Origin: Bdellovibrionales bacterium
Lineage (GTDB): Bacteria; Bdellovibrionota; Bdellovibrionia; Bdellovibrionales; JAUICD01
DNA length: 64,000 nt
Assembly (NCBI GenBank): GCA_965197425.1
Contig: CBDANC010000015.1
Coordinates: 397,013 to 461,012, forward strand
Direction of reading: 5' to 3'
The notes below the pieces were generated by a model that ran no database searches, was not told where the DNA came from, and saw nothing but the letters and a program-made list of their open reading frames with translations. The translations under genes were made by a program, and so were the position numbers. How positions within the stretch are numbered: the first letter of the stretch is position 1; each line of letters starts with the position of its first letter. Below are positions 28,891 to 38,399 of the stretch, piece after piece.

Positions 28891-29418
28891 ATGAAATTAT
28901 TTTTATCAACATTAGCACTAATAGCAACAGGCGGGGTATCATATGCCCAGGAAAAGATAACTAGTGTGCCTGACCCAGAAAAACATTTAGTCGGGCCCAG
29001 TTGTCCAATAAACCCTAGTACAGAACTTGTAAAAGACCTAATAGAGAGCTTCATAGAGGCACAAAAATTAGGCCATACAATGCCGGAAGTAGCAAAGCAA
29101 AGTTGCTTAGATACAAAAACTCCATACAGAGTTTTTATCCCCGAAATAGAACATCACGACAACTCTCCTGATGAAGAGCCATTTTTTCTCAGAAAATACA
29201 AAATTAAATCTTTTAGAAAATTTGATAGCTCAAGTTTCTCCGATGATTACCTAACTGAAGTAGAACTAAAAGGGAGGGATCAAAGAGGAAGACGAGTATC
29301 AATTAAACAAACAGTATTATTTGTAATAAAAAAAGGAGTAGAGGCAGAGTTGCAAGGATGTGTTGGGCTTCATGGTGGATGGGAAAAACCTTTTATAGAA
29401 AGAAGATGTTATAAGTAG
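28891..29418 (+). CDS. Small secreted hypothetical protein
   Basis: Signal peptide MKLFL..LALIATGGVSYAQ; AGGA RBS; 4 Cys. Confidence 0.75.
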   Translation: MKLFLSTLALIATGGVSYAQEKITSVPDPEKHLVGPSCPINPSTELVKDLIESFIEAQKLGHTMPEVAKQSCLDTKTPYRVFIPEIEHHDNSPDEEPFFLRKYKIKSFRKFDSSSFSDDYLTEVELKGRDQRGRRVSIKQTVLFVIKKGVEAELQGCVGLHGGWEKPFIERRCYK

Positions 29419-29483
29419 AATCCTAACCGGATCCTGACAGACAGGCAGTTTCCCTGCGGGGCTTTTTTGAAGCTTGGCAGCTT

Positions 29484-29606
29484 CACCGCTTTATAACGAA
29501 AACTTTAACATGCTCGTGGCAACACCTTTAGCCTCGGAGACGCTTCGCTTGGACTCCTCATTAAAGGTATTGCCACTTGCCTGCGTCTTTACGTTTATAG
29601 ATGGTG
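29484..29606. other. Long imperfect palindrome (~120 nt) in a convergent intergenic gap
   Basis: GTGGCAACACCTTTA (29516-29530) / TAAAGGTATTGCCAC (29562-29576), plus outer CACC/GGTG and TATAACG/CGTTTATA pairs; GCTTCGC near the apex. Confidence 0.7.
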
Positions 29607-29633
29607 TAATTGATGGGGTTTAGTAGGACAGTT

Positions 29634-29772
29634 AATTTTTTTGGAAAAGTTAAAGATATTATAGATGCCAGATCCCAGAGTGCCAGATCTCGGAGCTAAT
29701 CGGGCAGTTGGGGATCAGGCAAACGGTTATCCGACAATTGATTTTTTAAAAAAGGAGACAATTACCAGATCA
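29634..29772 (-). mobile_element. Gene-less remnant of four-helix-bundle element flanks
   Basis: The minus strand has GATCTGG..TTGTCTCCTTTTTTAAAAAAT (as in the copy 1 leader), then GATCTGGCACTCTGGGATCTGGCATC..TAATAT.TT.A.TTTTCCAAAAAAATT (as in the copy 2 leader); no ORF follows. Confidence 0.7.
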
Positions 29773-30606
29773 CTTGGAGAAGACCTTTCTATAATGCTTC
29801 CATAGATAAATTGCAGCATAAGATCTAAAAGGACTTACATCATCTATATTTTTTAAACTCTTAAAAGTTTTGATCATCCTAGCTATAGCTAAGTCACTTG
29901 CAGGAAATGCATCCCTATCACCAACTCTAAGGCTTGCATAGTTAACAGTCCAAGGACCCACACCGGGGGCCAAAGCAAACCAAGAAGATAACTCTCTCAC
30001 ACCACCACCATTTTTTAAACCCTTTGCAACAGCTCTTATTGTCCGTTTTCTTTTCTCAGTGGTTCTGACCTTAGAAAGTGTAGATCTGGATAATACTTCA
30101 ACTTTGGGAAATAATTTAATTTTCTTTCCACTAACAGGATGAATACCAGTTTCACCATAATTGTTTATAAGTTCACATATCAAAGACCTGGCCTGCTTGG
30201 CAGATACAAGCTGAGATAAAATGGTGCATATTAAAGCCTCTACCATATCCCAGCTTCTAGAAAGTCTTAAACCTGGATACCTATCTAATAAACCATATAA
30301 AAACTTGTTTTTCTTAAAAACCTTAGAAAGCTTGACAGGATCCATCTCTAAATCAAACATCCATCTAAGTCTTTTTCTAATAAAATCCAAATCTAAAATA
30401 TCCCCAGTAAGCTTAACTCTAAGCCTCAAACTATTGGGGCAATCAGAAATACACATGTGAGCCAAGCTATCTTCGATGACAAACACTCTTTCAAAATAAT
30501 TATCAATAACTACCTCCAAGCCAGGAGTGCTAAACACTTTATAAAAATCCAAATGCCCCCTCCAACTAAAAGGTTTTTTATAGGGTAAATATAATGTCTT
30601 CTCCAT
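29770..30606 (-). CDS. alkA: DNA-3-methyladenine glycosylase II (AlkA N-terminal + HhH-GPD domains, no Ada domain)
   Basis: LPY..PF.W, PGLRL...WD..E....IL.Q.VS and PGVGPWT.NY..LR....DAFP..DL. Confidence 0.85.
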   Translation of the reverse strand: MEKTLYLPYKKPFSWRGHLDFYKVFSTPGLEVVIDNYFERVFVIEDSLAHMCISDCPNSLRLRVKLTGDILDLDFIRKRLRWMFDLEMDPVKLSKVFKKNKFLYGLLDRYPGLRLSRSWDMVEALICTILSQLVSAKQARSLICELINNYGETGIHPVSGKKIKLFPKVEVLSRSTLSKVRTTEKRKRTIRAVAKGLKNGGGVRELSSWFALAPGVGPWTVNYASLRVGDRDAFPASDLAIARMIKTFKSLKNIDDVSPFRSYAAIYLWKHYRKVFSK

Positions 30607-30739
30607 GACCTTTTCCCATGTGTTATTCAACAAGTCTTTTGTTTATAAAGTTTTAATCTGATACTACCAAGGTATAAACAATAATCCTTAAGTAACAATA
30701 ATATATTTTGATGGAAAATTTTATGATACAAATCTATTA

Positions 30740-31408
30740 ATGTATCTATCAAAATTTATTTTCTTGGTTGGGTTTTTTATGAGTCCTGTGGCTTTCTCCT
30801 ACGATATGCTAATAATTGGAGCTTCTGTATCAAATAACTTTGCTGCCCCATCACCAGGTGACATGATTGCCAAGGCCAATGATATAACAGAAGACAAGAT
30901 TTTAAAGATGGCAAGAAATGGTGCGGAATCTAGAACACACGATGATTATATCAGAAATAGACTACAGTCCTTTGATTACATAGTTGCATTAGATTTGTTT
31001 TACCATGACTTTAAAAGAGCTTTTGTTTTACAAGATAGAGAGTTTAAACATGTAGGTGAGTATATAGAAAAACTTGCGCAGCACGGAAAGATTGTGTTGC
31101 TAGGAACTACCCTAAATATTGCTGGGTTGCGTGGCACTGAAATAGCAAGAAGGCGAATTATAAAACTGGCTAAAAAATACGGCAATGTACATGTATTGGA
31201 TGTAGATAGTTTGTACAAGGAATTAGAAAAGGGATTAAAATACGATGTAAATGGTGTAAAGAAAACATTTACTAAGAGCGAATTAATGGCAGATGAGATA
31301 CACCCCAATGAAAAGGGCAATACAGTGTTGGCAAATCTGTTTATTGACCTACTTAAAGATGAAAAAGTTAAAGAGGCAGAAAGCCTGCCTTACATTCCAC
31401 TACCATAA
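30740..31408 (+). CDS. Secreted SGNH/GDSL hydrolase
   Basis: Signal peptide; block I IIGASVS; block V D.IHPN.KG. Confidence 0.8.
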   Translation: MYLSKFIFLVGFFMSPVAFSYDMLIIGASVSNNFAAPSPGDMIAKANDITEDKILKMARNGAESRTHDDYIRNRLQSFDYIVALDLFYHDFKRAFVLQDREFKHVGEYIEKLAQHGKIVLLGTTLNIAGLRGTEIARRRIIKLAKKYGNVHVLDVDSLYKELEKGLKYDVNGVKKTFTKSELMADEIHPNEKGNTVLANLFIDLLKDEKVKEAESLPYIPLP

Positions 31409-31539
31409 TTAATTTCGGGTATTCTTATAACTATTTAGTATGCATAGGGAAATGATGTTTTATAAAATAAATGCTTGGCTATTGACACTTGATAGTAGAG
31501 TTAATATTTTAACACCTGGTACTTGGAGGGATTAAGCCT

Positions 31540-32448
31540 ATGGCAATTGCTAGAAGATTTTTCTTATATTTTGTAGTCAACTTTATGGTTGTGACATCCC
31601 TGATACTACTTTATTTTGTGGTATCAGCTTTTTTACCACCTGAATACAAGGACAGCTTTTTAGAACCTATAATTTTATTTTCAGTGGTATTTGGTTTTGG
31701 TGGAGCCATAATATCTCTTCTTATATCGAAATTTGTGGCCAAGAAATTTATGGGTGTGAAGGTGATCCCGCCAAACACTACTGACCCTAGATTCAGGTGG
31801 GTGTTGGAGACCACTCATAGATGTGCCAAACGAGCGGGGCTTTTACAAATGCCAGAGGTTGGTTATTATCAAAGTAATGAGATCAACGCTTTTGCAACAG
31901 GCCCTAGTAAAAGTAATTCTCTAGTTGCGGTATCTACAGGCCTTATAGATAACATGAATAAAGATGGAGTAGAAGGGGTCATAGGGCATGAGGTTGCTCA
32001 TATAGCCAATGGAGATATGGTAACCATGACTCTGGTTCAGGGTGTTGTGAATGCTGTGGTAATTTGCCTTTCTCAAATAATAGTACAGTTAATTGCTAGT
32101 GCCCTTAGAGGTAATAGAGGAAGAGGTGGTCTTGGATTTTTTGGAACTTTTTTTATATACCAATTAGTCTATAGCTTGTTAGCGTTTGCGGCCATGCCAA
32201 TTGTGGCATTTGTATCTCGTATTAGAGAGTATAGGGCTGATGCCGGCGGTGCCAAGCTTGCAGGTAGAGACAAGATGATAGAAGGATTAAAGGAGCTTAA
32301 GCGATTTTATAATCATATAGATACCTCTCATAAATCATTAGCCACTTTAAAAATTGCAGGTAAGAGTAGTTTTCTTAGATTTTGGAGTACTCACCCTCCT
32401 TTAGATGACCGAATAAAGCGGCTTCAAACTGGTTTTTATTCTAGATAA
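31540..32448 (+). CDS. htpX: Protease HtpX
   Basis: NAFATG, HEVAH..NGDMVT, SR.REY.AD and STHPPL..RI; upstream TTGACA-N17-TATTTT at 31482-31510. Confidence 0.96.
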   Translation: MAIARRFFLYFVVNFMVVTSLILLYFVVSAFLPPEYKDSFLEPIILFSVVFGFGGAIISLLISKFVAKKFMGVKVIPPNTTDPRFRWVLETTHRCAKRAGLLQMPEVGYYQSNEINAFATGPSKSNSLVAVSTGLIDNMNKDGVEGVIGHEVAHIANGDMVTMTLVQGVVNAVVICLSQIIVQLIASALRGNRGRGGLGFFGTFFIYQLVYSLLAFAAMPIVAFVSRIREYRADAGGAKLAGRDKMIEGLKELKRFYNHIDTSHKSLATLKIAGKSSFLRFWSTHPPLDDRIKRLQTGFYSR

Positions 32449-32453
32449 TATAA

Positions 32454-33770
32454 GTGTTTGATTTATTGCTCAAAGGTGCCGGGGTTTATTTCAATGATAA
32501 ACTTCAAGATGTAAGCATTGGTATATTGCAAGATAAAATTGCCAAAATTAATCCTACCAATGCTAAAGCAAAAAAAACGTTAAATCTTAATGGCCTTGTG
32601 ATATTGCCAGGGATTCTAGATACACAAGTACATTTTAGAGATCCTGGTATGGTTCATAAAGAAGATTTTTGTACTGGAACAAAATCTGCTTTAAAAGGTG
32701 GTATTACTGGGATATTTGATATGCCCAATACACTACCTGCAACAGCAAATGAAAAAGAGTACCTATCGAAACTAGAGAGAGCAAATAGCAACTCATTTGT
32801 AAATTTTGCTCTCTATATAGGAGCATTAAAAGATAATCTTGATAAGCTTAAAAATTTGGAAAACTCAAAGGCTTGTGTTGGGATTAAAATTTTTATGGGG
32901 AAGTCCACAGGTGGATTGGTTTTAAATGATCCTGACGACTTAAAATATGTTTTAGAAAATACTAAGAACAATATTTCACTTCACTGCGAGGATGAGGATT
33001 TGTTAAATGAAAGGTTTAAACAAATTCCAAGCAATGCCACAAGCCATCACCATCCAGTATGGAGAAATGAACAAGTGGCTTTGAATGCCACTCAGAGAGT
33101 TGTGAATTTAGCAAAAAAGGTGGGTAGAAAGGTACACATTCTACATGTTACAACAAAAGATGAGCTAGAGTTTTTAAAAAACAATAAAAACACAGCCACG
33201 GTTGAAATTTTACCTCAACACCTGTTGTTCTCTCATCCTGAGGATTACGATAGGTTAGGAAGTCTTGTACAAATGAATCCGCCTATTAGATCAAAGACAC
33301 ATAGGGAAGCTTTGTGGAAAGCCATAAATGATGGAACAGTTGATGTAGTAGCATCTGATCATGCTCCTCACACTTTGGAAGAAAAAAATAAACCCTATCC
33401 GGAGTGTCCATCAGGGCTTCCCGGAGTACAAACCATATTACCTTTAATGCTTAACTGGCATAGTCAAAAAAAGCTAACTCTTAAAAAAATAGTTGATCTG
33501 TTGTTCTATAACCCTGTTAGAATTTTTGGTTTAAAAGGACTTGGGATGAGTGAAGGATGTCAGGCTAATTTTACAATAGTTGATCTAGAAAAGGAGTTTG
33601 AAATTACAAATAAATGGATCGAAAGTAAGTGCGGTTACACTCCATATGATGGTATGAAGGTGCGTGGGTTTCCAGTCACAACCATATTAAACGGAGAAGT
33701 TGCTATGTTGGATGGAGAGATATTAGGTGAACATAAAGGCAAAGGACTAGAGTTTTTGGCATTATGTTAG
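32454..33770 (+). CDS. pyrC: Dihydroorotase
   Basis: D.QVHFRDPG, DMPNT.P, HCED, MNPP.R and SDHAPH. Confidence 0.92.
   Translation: MFDLLLKGAGVYFNDKLQDVSIGILQDKIAKINPTNAKAKKTLNLNGLVILPGILDTQVHFRDPGMVHKEDFCTGTKSALKGGITGIFDMPNTLPATANEKEYLSKLERANSNSFVNFALYIGALKDNLDKLKNLENSKACVGIKIFMGKSTGGLVLNDPDDLKYVLENTKNNISLHCEDEDLLNERFKQIPSNATSHHHPVWRNEQVALNATQRVVNLAKKVGRKVHILHVTTKDELEFLKNNKNTATVEILPQHLLFSHPEDYDRLGSLVQMNPPIRSKTHREALWKAINDGTVDVVASDHAPHTLEEKNKPYPECPSGLPGVQTILPLMLNWHSQKKLTLKKIVDLLFYNPVRIFGLKGLGMSEGCQANFTIVDLEKEFEITNKWIESKCGYTPYDGMKVRGFPVTTILNGEVAMLDGEILGEHKGKGLEFLALC
33684..33722 (+). repeat. 39-bp direct repeat, copy 1 (within the pyrC 3' end)
   Basis: ATATTAAACGGAGAAGTTGCTATGTTGGATGGAGAGATA is identical at 35174-35212. 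Confidence 0.95.
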
Positions 33771-33895
33771 TATTGATCATGGTCGTAACATCATACCAAT
33801 AATCTATATTAAATTTAGGCTCGTGATTGCATTAAAAAACTACTAAAGAAATTTAGTAGGTATTAACATAGTTAAAAATCAAGAGTGGGACTATA

Positions 33896-34630
33896 ATGTC
33901 TAATTCAGTTTCATATTATACATTTTTTATTATTTTTGTTTGTTTTTTTCAAGCTACTAATGCTATTGGTGATACTTGTTCTGAAGGACAATATCTTGTC
34001 AGAACGCATTACAGGTCAGGATATTTCAGATCTAATGGCACCTATGTTTCTCCAACTACTGTTAAGGCACATTGCAGGGATTATAGGAAGTTTGAACCCG
34101 CCACTGTACATTTTCCAGAAAAAAAAGCTGGTTTTGGAACAAAGGAAGGGTATAAAAAATTTTCTGATAGTGAAAAAGAAAAAATTAGAGAAATTTTTAA
34201 GTCATTGCCCAAAGTACTAACGGCCTTTGGTGATATAACGCTATATAGGAAAAAAGGAGGTAGAGTTAAAGATAACCCTGCATCAGTTTATCCTAAAAAG
34301 AAAGAAATAGTTTTGTATGATAATATCTCTAAGTATAATATGAAAAGAGTTATTGCCCATGAGCTAGCTCATATGCTGTATGTTAATTTATCGGATAAAG
34401 AAAAAGGTTCATATCATGAAATAGCACAATGGAAGCTTGATGAAGAAAAAGGAAAAGTTGTAATAGATAACAAACGCAAAGTTTTTACGGAGGCGGATGG
34501 TATCACTTCTCCTACGGAAGATTTCGCCAATAATATTGAGTATTATCTTTTTGACGAAAAGACTTTGCAGAAAAAGAATAAAAGAATACACGGTTGGATT
34601 AAGAAGTTCATGGAGAAAAAACAAAAATGA
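33896..34630 (+). CDS. Secreted zinc metallopeptidase-like protein
   Basis: Signal peptide; V..H.RSGY.RSNGTYV....H.R N-terminal motif; HELAH and distal EDFAN (zincin layout). Confidence 0.72.
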   Translation: MSNSVSYYTFFIIFVCFFQATNAIGDTCSEGQYLVRTHYRSGYFRSNGTYVSPTTVKAHCRDYRKFEPATVHFPEKKAGFGTKEGYKKFSDSEKEKIREIFKSLPKVLTAFGDITLYRKKGGRVKDNPASVYPKKKEIVLYDNISKYNMKRVIAHELAHMLYVNLSDKEKGSYHEIAQWKLDEEKGKVVIDNKRKVFTEADGITSPTEDFANNIEYYLFDEKTLQKKNKRIHGWIKKFMEKKQK

Positions 34631-35109
34631 GAATTCTGGTTTTATTGTTAATTTTTATAGTGTCTTGCACCCATACCGAAAGAAGATCTGAAAAAGATCA
34701 CGCTATCTACTTTATCGATACCTTTCTCAATAGGGGGATTTCATTTGAAGAGATTAAAAGTGTGCTTAAAGAGCCAGATGAAATAGAAGTATCCAAAGTT
34801 TCTGAAAAAATATATAGATACGAAGGAAAGAGTACTAAACTTTTAAAGTGGAATTTTGGTGTTAATGATGAGGGAATGGTAGAGTGGATTGGCTATCATC
34901 CTCGTTCTAACTCACTCTTAGATAGAGTTGAAATTTTACCTTTTACCTTAAAAAGGTATAACTGCAAAAAAAAGACTGAGCCAGATGAAAGAGTTCCTCA
35001 TGTTATCGATGATTTTACTTTTTTTGAGTGTGCAGAAGGTAGGATAAGGGCCTATTACAACATACACGGAGAAGTTGAGGATATAGTAATAAGCAGACAC
35101 ATCAAATAA
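34627..35109 (+). CDS. Lipoprotein (possible partner or immunity protein of the upstream peptidase)
   Basis: Lipobox IVSC; ATGA overlap with the upstream stop codon. Confidence 0.72.
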   Translation: MRILVLLLIFIVSCTHTERRSEKDHAIYFIDTFLNRGISFEEIKSVLKEPDEIEVSKVSEKIYRYEGKSTKLLKWNFGVNDEGMVEWIGYHPRSNSLLDRVEILPFTLKRYNCKKKTEPDERVPHVIDDFTFFECAEGRIRAYYNIHGEVEDIVISRHIK

Positions 35110-35173
35110 GGTTTACGATACTTCAATCTAATTTTGATATGAGTTAGTTTTTTGCTATTATTAGAAAAAATAG

Positions 35174-35212
35174 ATATTAAACGGAGAAGTTGCTATGTTG
35201 GATGGAGAGATA
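35174..35212 (+). repeat. 39-bp direct repeat, copy 2 (orphan pyrC 3' end)
   Basis: Identical to 33684-33722; continues in frame as ...GEIITRAGREFSFH*. Confidence 0.95.
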
Positions 35213-35259
35213 ATAACCAGGGCTGGCAGAGAGTTTAGCTTTCATTAAAAGACAAATAT

Positions 35260-37272
35260 ATGAACCCTTTATTGGAAAAATCTAAAAACTTTGATGGTGC
35301 ACTTGATTTTGATAAAATCAAAAACTCCCACTTTATTCCAGCATTAAAGCAAGAAATTTTAGAATCAAAAAAGAATATTGATAAAATTATTGATAATGCT
35401 CCTAGCTTTAAAAACACTATTGAGGCGTTGGAATGTGCATGTTCTAAAGCCTCTAACATTGTAAGTACATTTTTTAATCTTCTAAGTGCTAATACAAATG
35501 ATGAGCTGATTAAGATAACAGAAGAGTTTTCTAAAATACATACTGAGTTTATAAGTGGTATTTTTTTAGACGAAAAATTGTTTGAAAAAGTAGATCATGT
35601 TTTTAAAAACAAAGAAAACTTGAGGGGAGAAGAACTAAAACTACTACAAAAAACTCATAAATCTTTTGTTAGAAATGGTGCAAACCTTTCTTTTGAAAAA
35701 AAAGAAGAGTTAAGAAAGATAGATATAAAACTGGCATCTTTGAGTCCTAAGTTTTCTGACAATGTATTAAAGGCTATGAGTGAGTTTAAGCTCCATGTAA
35801 CAAACCCCAAGAACGTGGAGGGAATACCAGAGTCCACATTGGCTCATGCACAAAAGCAGGCTTCAGGATTAGATAAAAAGGGATGGCTTTTTGGATTGGA
35901 TATGCCAACCTATACCTCTTTTATGAAATATTGTAGCAGTAGAGATTTAAGGTTTAAGATGTACAGGGCGTTTGCTTCTTTGTGTGTGGATGGTAAATAC
36001 AGTACTACTGAGATAATCAAAAAAACTATTTCTTTGAGACATAAAAGGACTAAGCTTTTGGGTTTTAATAGTCATGCAGAGTATGTCTTAGAGGATAGAA
36101 TGGCCAAAACACCTGGAAGAGTAAACAAGTTTTTAGAAAACTTGTTATCGCACAGCAAAAAACCAGCAGAAGATGATCTACAAAAACTTCAAAAATTGTT
36201 TTCTAAAGATTGTCCGGGTGAAAATATAAAGCTATGGGATATTAGCTTTTACCAGGAAAAATTAAAACTAATAGAGTTTGATTTTAGTGATGAAGAGACT
36301 CGCAATTATTTTAAACTCGAAAGTATTATTGATGGAATGTTCGGGCTTACCAAGAAATTATATAACTTAGATTTTAGAAAAGTAATTGTACCTAAGTATC
36401 ATGAAGAAGTTTTGACTTACGAGGTTTTTTTAGATGGGGAATATATGGCTTTGCTCTATTTAGATCTATTCCCGAGATCTAACAAAAAGACTGGTGCTTG
36501 GATGACTACCTATAGGGAACAGGGATTAGAAGAAGGTGAGGTAAAAAGGCCTCATGTGTCGATAGTATGTAATTTTACTAGGCCAACAGACACAAAACCA
36601 TCACTGATTACTTTTAGGGAGTGTGAAATAATATTTCATGAGTTTGGTCATACACTTCACGCCATATTGTCTGAGTGTAAGTATAAAAGTTTATCTGGAG
36701 CAAATGTACATTGGGATTTTGTAGAGTTACCTAGTCAATTTATGGAAAACTGGCTTATGGAAAAACCAGTTTTGGATGAATTTGCAGTACACTACGAAAA
36801 TGGTGAGAAACTTCCAACATCTCTTTTTGATAAAATGAAAAGAGCCAAAACATTTATGGCTGGGTTAAATAGTGTAAGGCAGATAAATTTTTCTATTCTA
36901 GATATGGCTTGGCATTCTGGTTATATTGATGAAAAAAAGTTAGATATAGAAAGTTTTGAGAAAAAGCATTCTGTATCGCTGCTTCCTCATGAAAAGGGAA
37001 CTACTAGATCAAATTCTTTTGCACACATATTTGCAGGTGGATATTCTGCAGGATATTATTCTTATAAGTGGGCTGAGGTTTTGGATGCTGACGCTTTTGA
37101 GTATTTTAAGGAAAATGGACTTTTTGATCCCGAAGTTGCAGAGAGCTTTAAAAATAACATTCTCTCAAAAGGGGCTACAGATGAGCCAGAGGTACTTTAC
37201 AGAAAATTTAGAGGTAGGGACGCCGATATAAAAGCTTTACTTAGAAGGGAAGGCATTGACAAAAACCACTAA
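35260..37272 (+). CDS. M3 family oligopeptidase (Dcp/PrlC)
   Basis: FHEFGH.LH, DFVELPSQ.MENW and HIFAGGYSAGYYSYKWAEVLDADAF. Confidence 0.95.
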   Translation: MNPLLEKSKNFDGALDFDKIKNSHFIPALKQEILESKKNIDKIIDNAPSFKNTIEALECACSKASNIVSTFFNLLSANTNDELIKITEEFSKIHTEFISGIFLDEKLFEKVDHVFKNKENLRGEELKLLQKTHKSFVRNGANLSFEKKEELRKIDIKLASLSPKFSDNVLKAMSEFKLHVTNPKNVEGIPESTLAHAQKQASGLDKKGWLFGLDMPTYTSFMKYCSSRDLRFKMYRAFASLCVDGKYSTTEIIKKTISLRHKRTKLLGFNSHAEYVLEDRMAKTPGRVNKFLENLLSHSKKPAEDDLQKLQKLFSKDCPGENIKLWDISFYQEKLKLIEFDFSDEETRNYFKLESIIDGMFGLTKKLYNLDFRKVIVPKYHEEVLTYEVFLDGEYMALLYLDLFPRSNKKTGAWMTTYREQGLEEGEVKRPHVSIVCNFTRPTDTKPSLITFRECEIIFHEFGHTLHAILSECKYKSLSGANVHWDFVELPSQFMENWLMEKPVLDEFAVHYENGEKLPTSLFDKMKRAKTFMAGLNSVRQINFSILDMAWHSGYIDEKKLDIESFEKKHSVSLLPHEKGTTRSNSFAHIFAGGYSAGYYSYKWAEVLDADAFEYFKENGLFDPEVAESFKNNILSKGATDEPEVLYRKFRGRDADIKALLRREGIDKNH

Positions 37273-37273
37273 A

Positions 37274-37357
37274 TGGTCTTAGAATCTTGCACCAACACTG
37301 ACCCCGCCTAGCAACAAACTGACTTTGTCAGTGTTTGATAGGCGAATTACGTTGGGC
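37274..37357 (-). repeat. Intergenic hairpin repeat, module E
   Basis: Reverse complement AACGTAATTCG-[hairpin]-TCAGTGTT, as at 18804 and 57976. Confidence 0.75.
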
Positions 37358-37371
37358 TTTAAGGTTTTTAC

Positions 37372-37887
37372 ATGCAACACTTAGTACATCAAAATAAGAA
37401 AAGAACAAATCAGAGGAAGTCTAGAGAGCTTGCCCTCCAAATGCTATTTAAGTTGGATTGTCTTGGTAGTAAAAAAGCACTGAAGGAAGTATCAAATAAA
37501 GAGATATCACACGATGATGAAAATACCAGTGGAGTTTCCACTAAAAAAGATGATTTAAACTTCTTAGTTTATAAAAATTTGTTAAGAGAGCTTATACAAG
37601 TTGATGGATCTTGTTGGGAGGAAGCAGATCATCTGGTAAAAGGTGTGTTGGGTAAAAAGGATTTGCTAGATCAAATGGTAGACCAAAACATGAATGATGC
37701 TGTTAGGCTTTCTTACGTGGATCGGAATATTTTAAGAATTGGTTTGTATGAAATGTCTATTGGTAAGAAGCCTAACATAGTAATAAATGAGGCCATAGAG
37801 GTAGCCAAGACCTACTCAACTACGGAATCTAGTAAGTTGGTAAACAGGGTGTTGGATCAAGCCAAAACTTTTGCAGGGGATAAATGA
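37372..37887 (+). CDS. nusB: Transcription antitermination factor NusB
   Basis: RKSRELALQ.LF, VDRNILR.G.YE and V.INEAIE.AK.YS...S...VN.VLD; contains one TSGVST unit at 37525-37542. Confidence 0.92.
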   Translation: MQHLVHQNKKRTNQRKSRELALQMLFKLDCLGSKKALKEVSNKEISHDDENTSGVSTKKDDLNFLVYKNLLRELIQVDGSCWEEADHLVKGVLGKKDLLDQMVDQNMNDAVRLSYVDRNILRIGLYEMSIGKKPNIVINEAIEVAKTYSTTESSKLVNRVLDQAKTFAGDK

Positions 37888-38393
37888 CCATCGCCAGTAG
37901 AGTCTCCACTTCCATGAATGAAGGGTGTATTTTAAATCGTAGAAATGCATTGAGGGCTGGAGCACACCTTTGGGTTATCTCTGATTTAAAAACTTCTGGC
38001 TGGGCTAGGAAGATCAACTGGTATCTTAATTTTCAAATTTATAAATTTGAAAAAGTAAAAGAGTTAAGTAAAGATCAAATAGCTTCTTTAAAGGATGCAG
38101 GGTTTGAATTTACAAATATTAGAAGTAAAAGTAGTAGTCTTTTAATATCTTCTGAGAAACTTTTAACTAATAAAAAAACCTTGATGGTAGAGTTTAGTGA
38201 TATAAATTCTTGGGTTGAATTGGCAAAAAAATACTGGGAAGGTTTAAACAAACCAACTTTGAGATTTTTTACTCCAGATGCGGTAAATGTGGATGAGTTA
38301 CAGTCACACCTAAGTGATTTTAACAATCACGGGCAGAGTCTCTGCCACGGGCGGAGTCTCCGCGTTTCTGTGGTTGAGCCTTATAGAGTGTAG
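37884..38393 (+). CDS. Hypothetical protein
   Basis: ATGA-coupled to nusB; contains 18-bp palindrome variants at 37893-37910 and 38329-38364. Confidence 0.7.
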   Translation: MTIASRVSTSMNEGCILNRRNALRAGAHLWVISDLKTSGWARKINWYLNFQIYKFEKVKELSKDQIASLKDAGFEFTNIRSKSSSLLISSEKLLTNKKTLMVEFSDINSWVELAKKYWEGLNKPTLRFFTPDAVNVDELQSHLSDFNNHGQSLCHGRSLRVSVVEPYRV

Positions 38394-38399
38394 GTTTTT

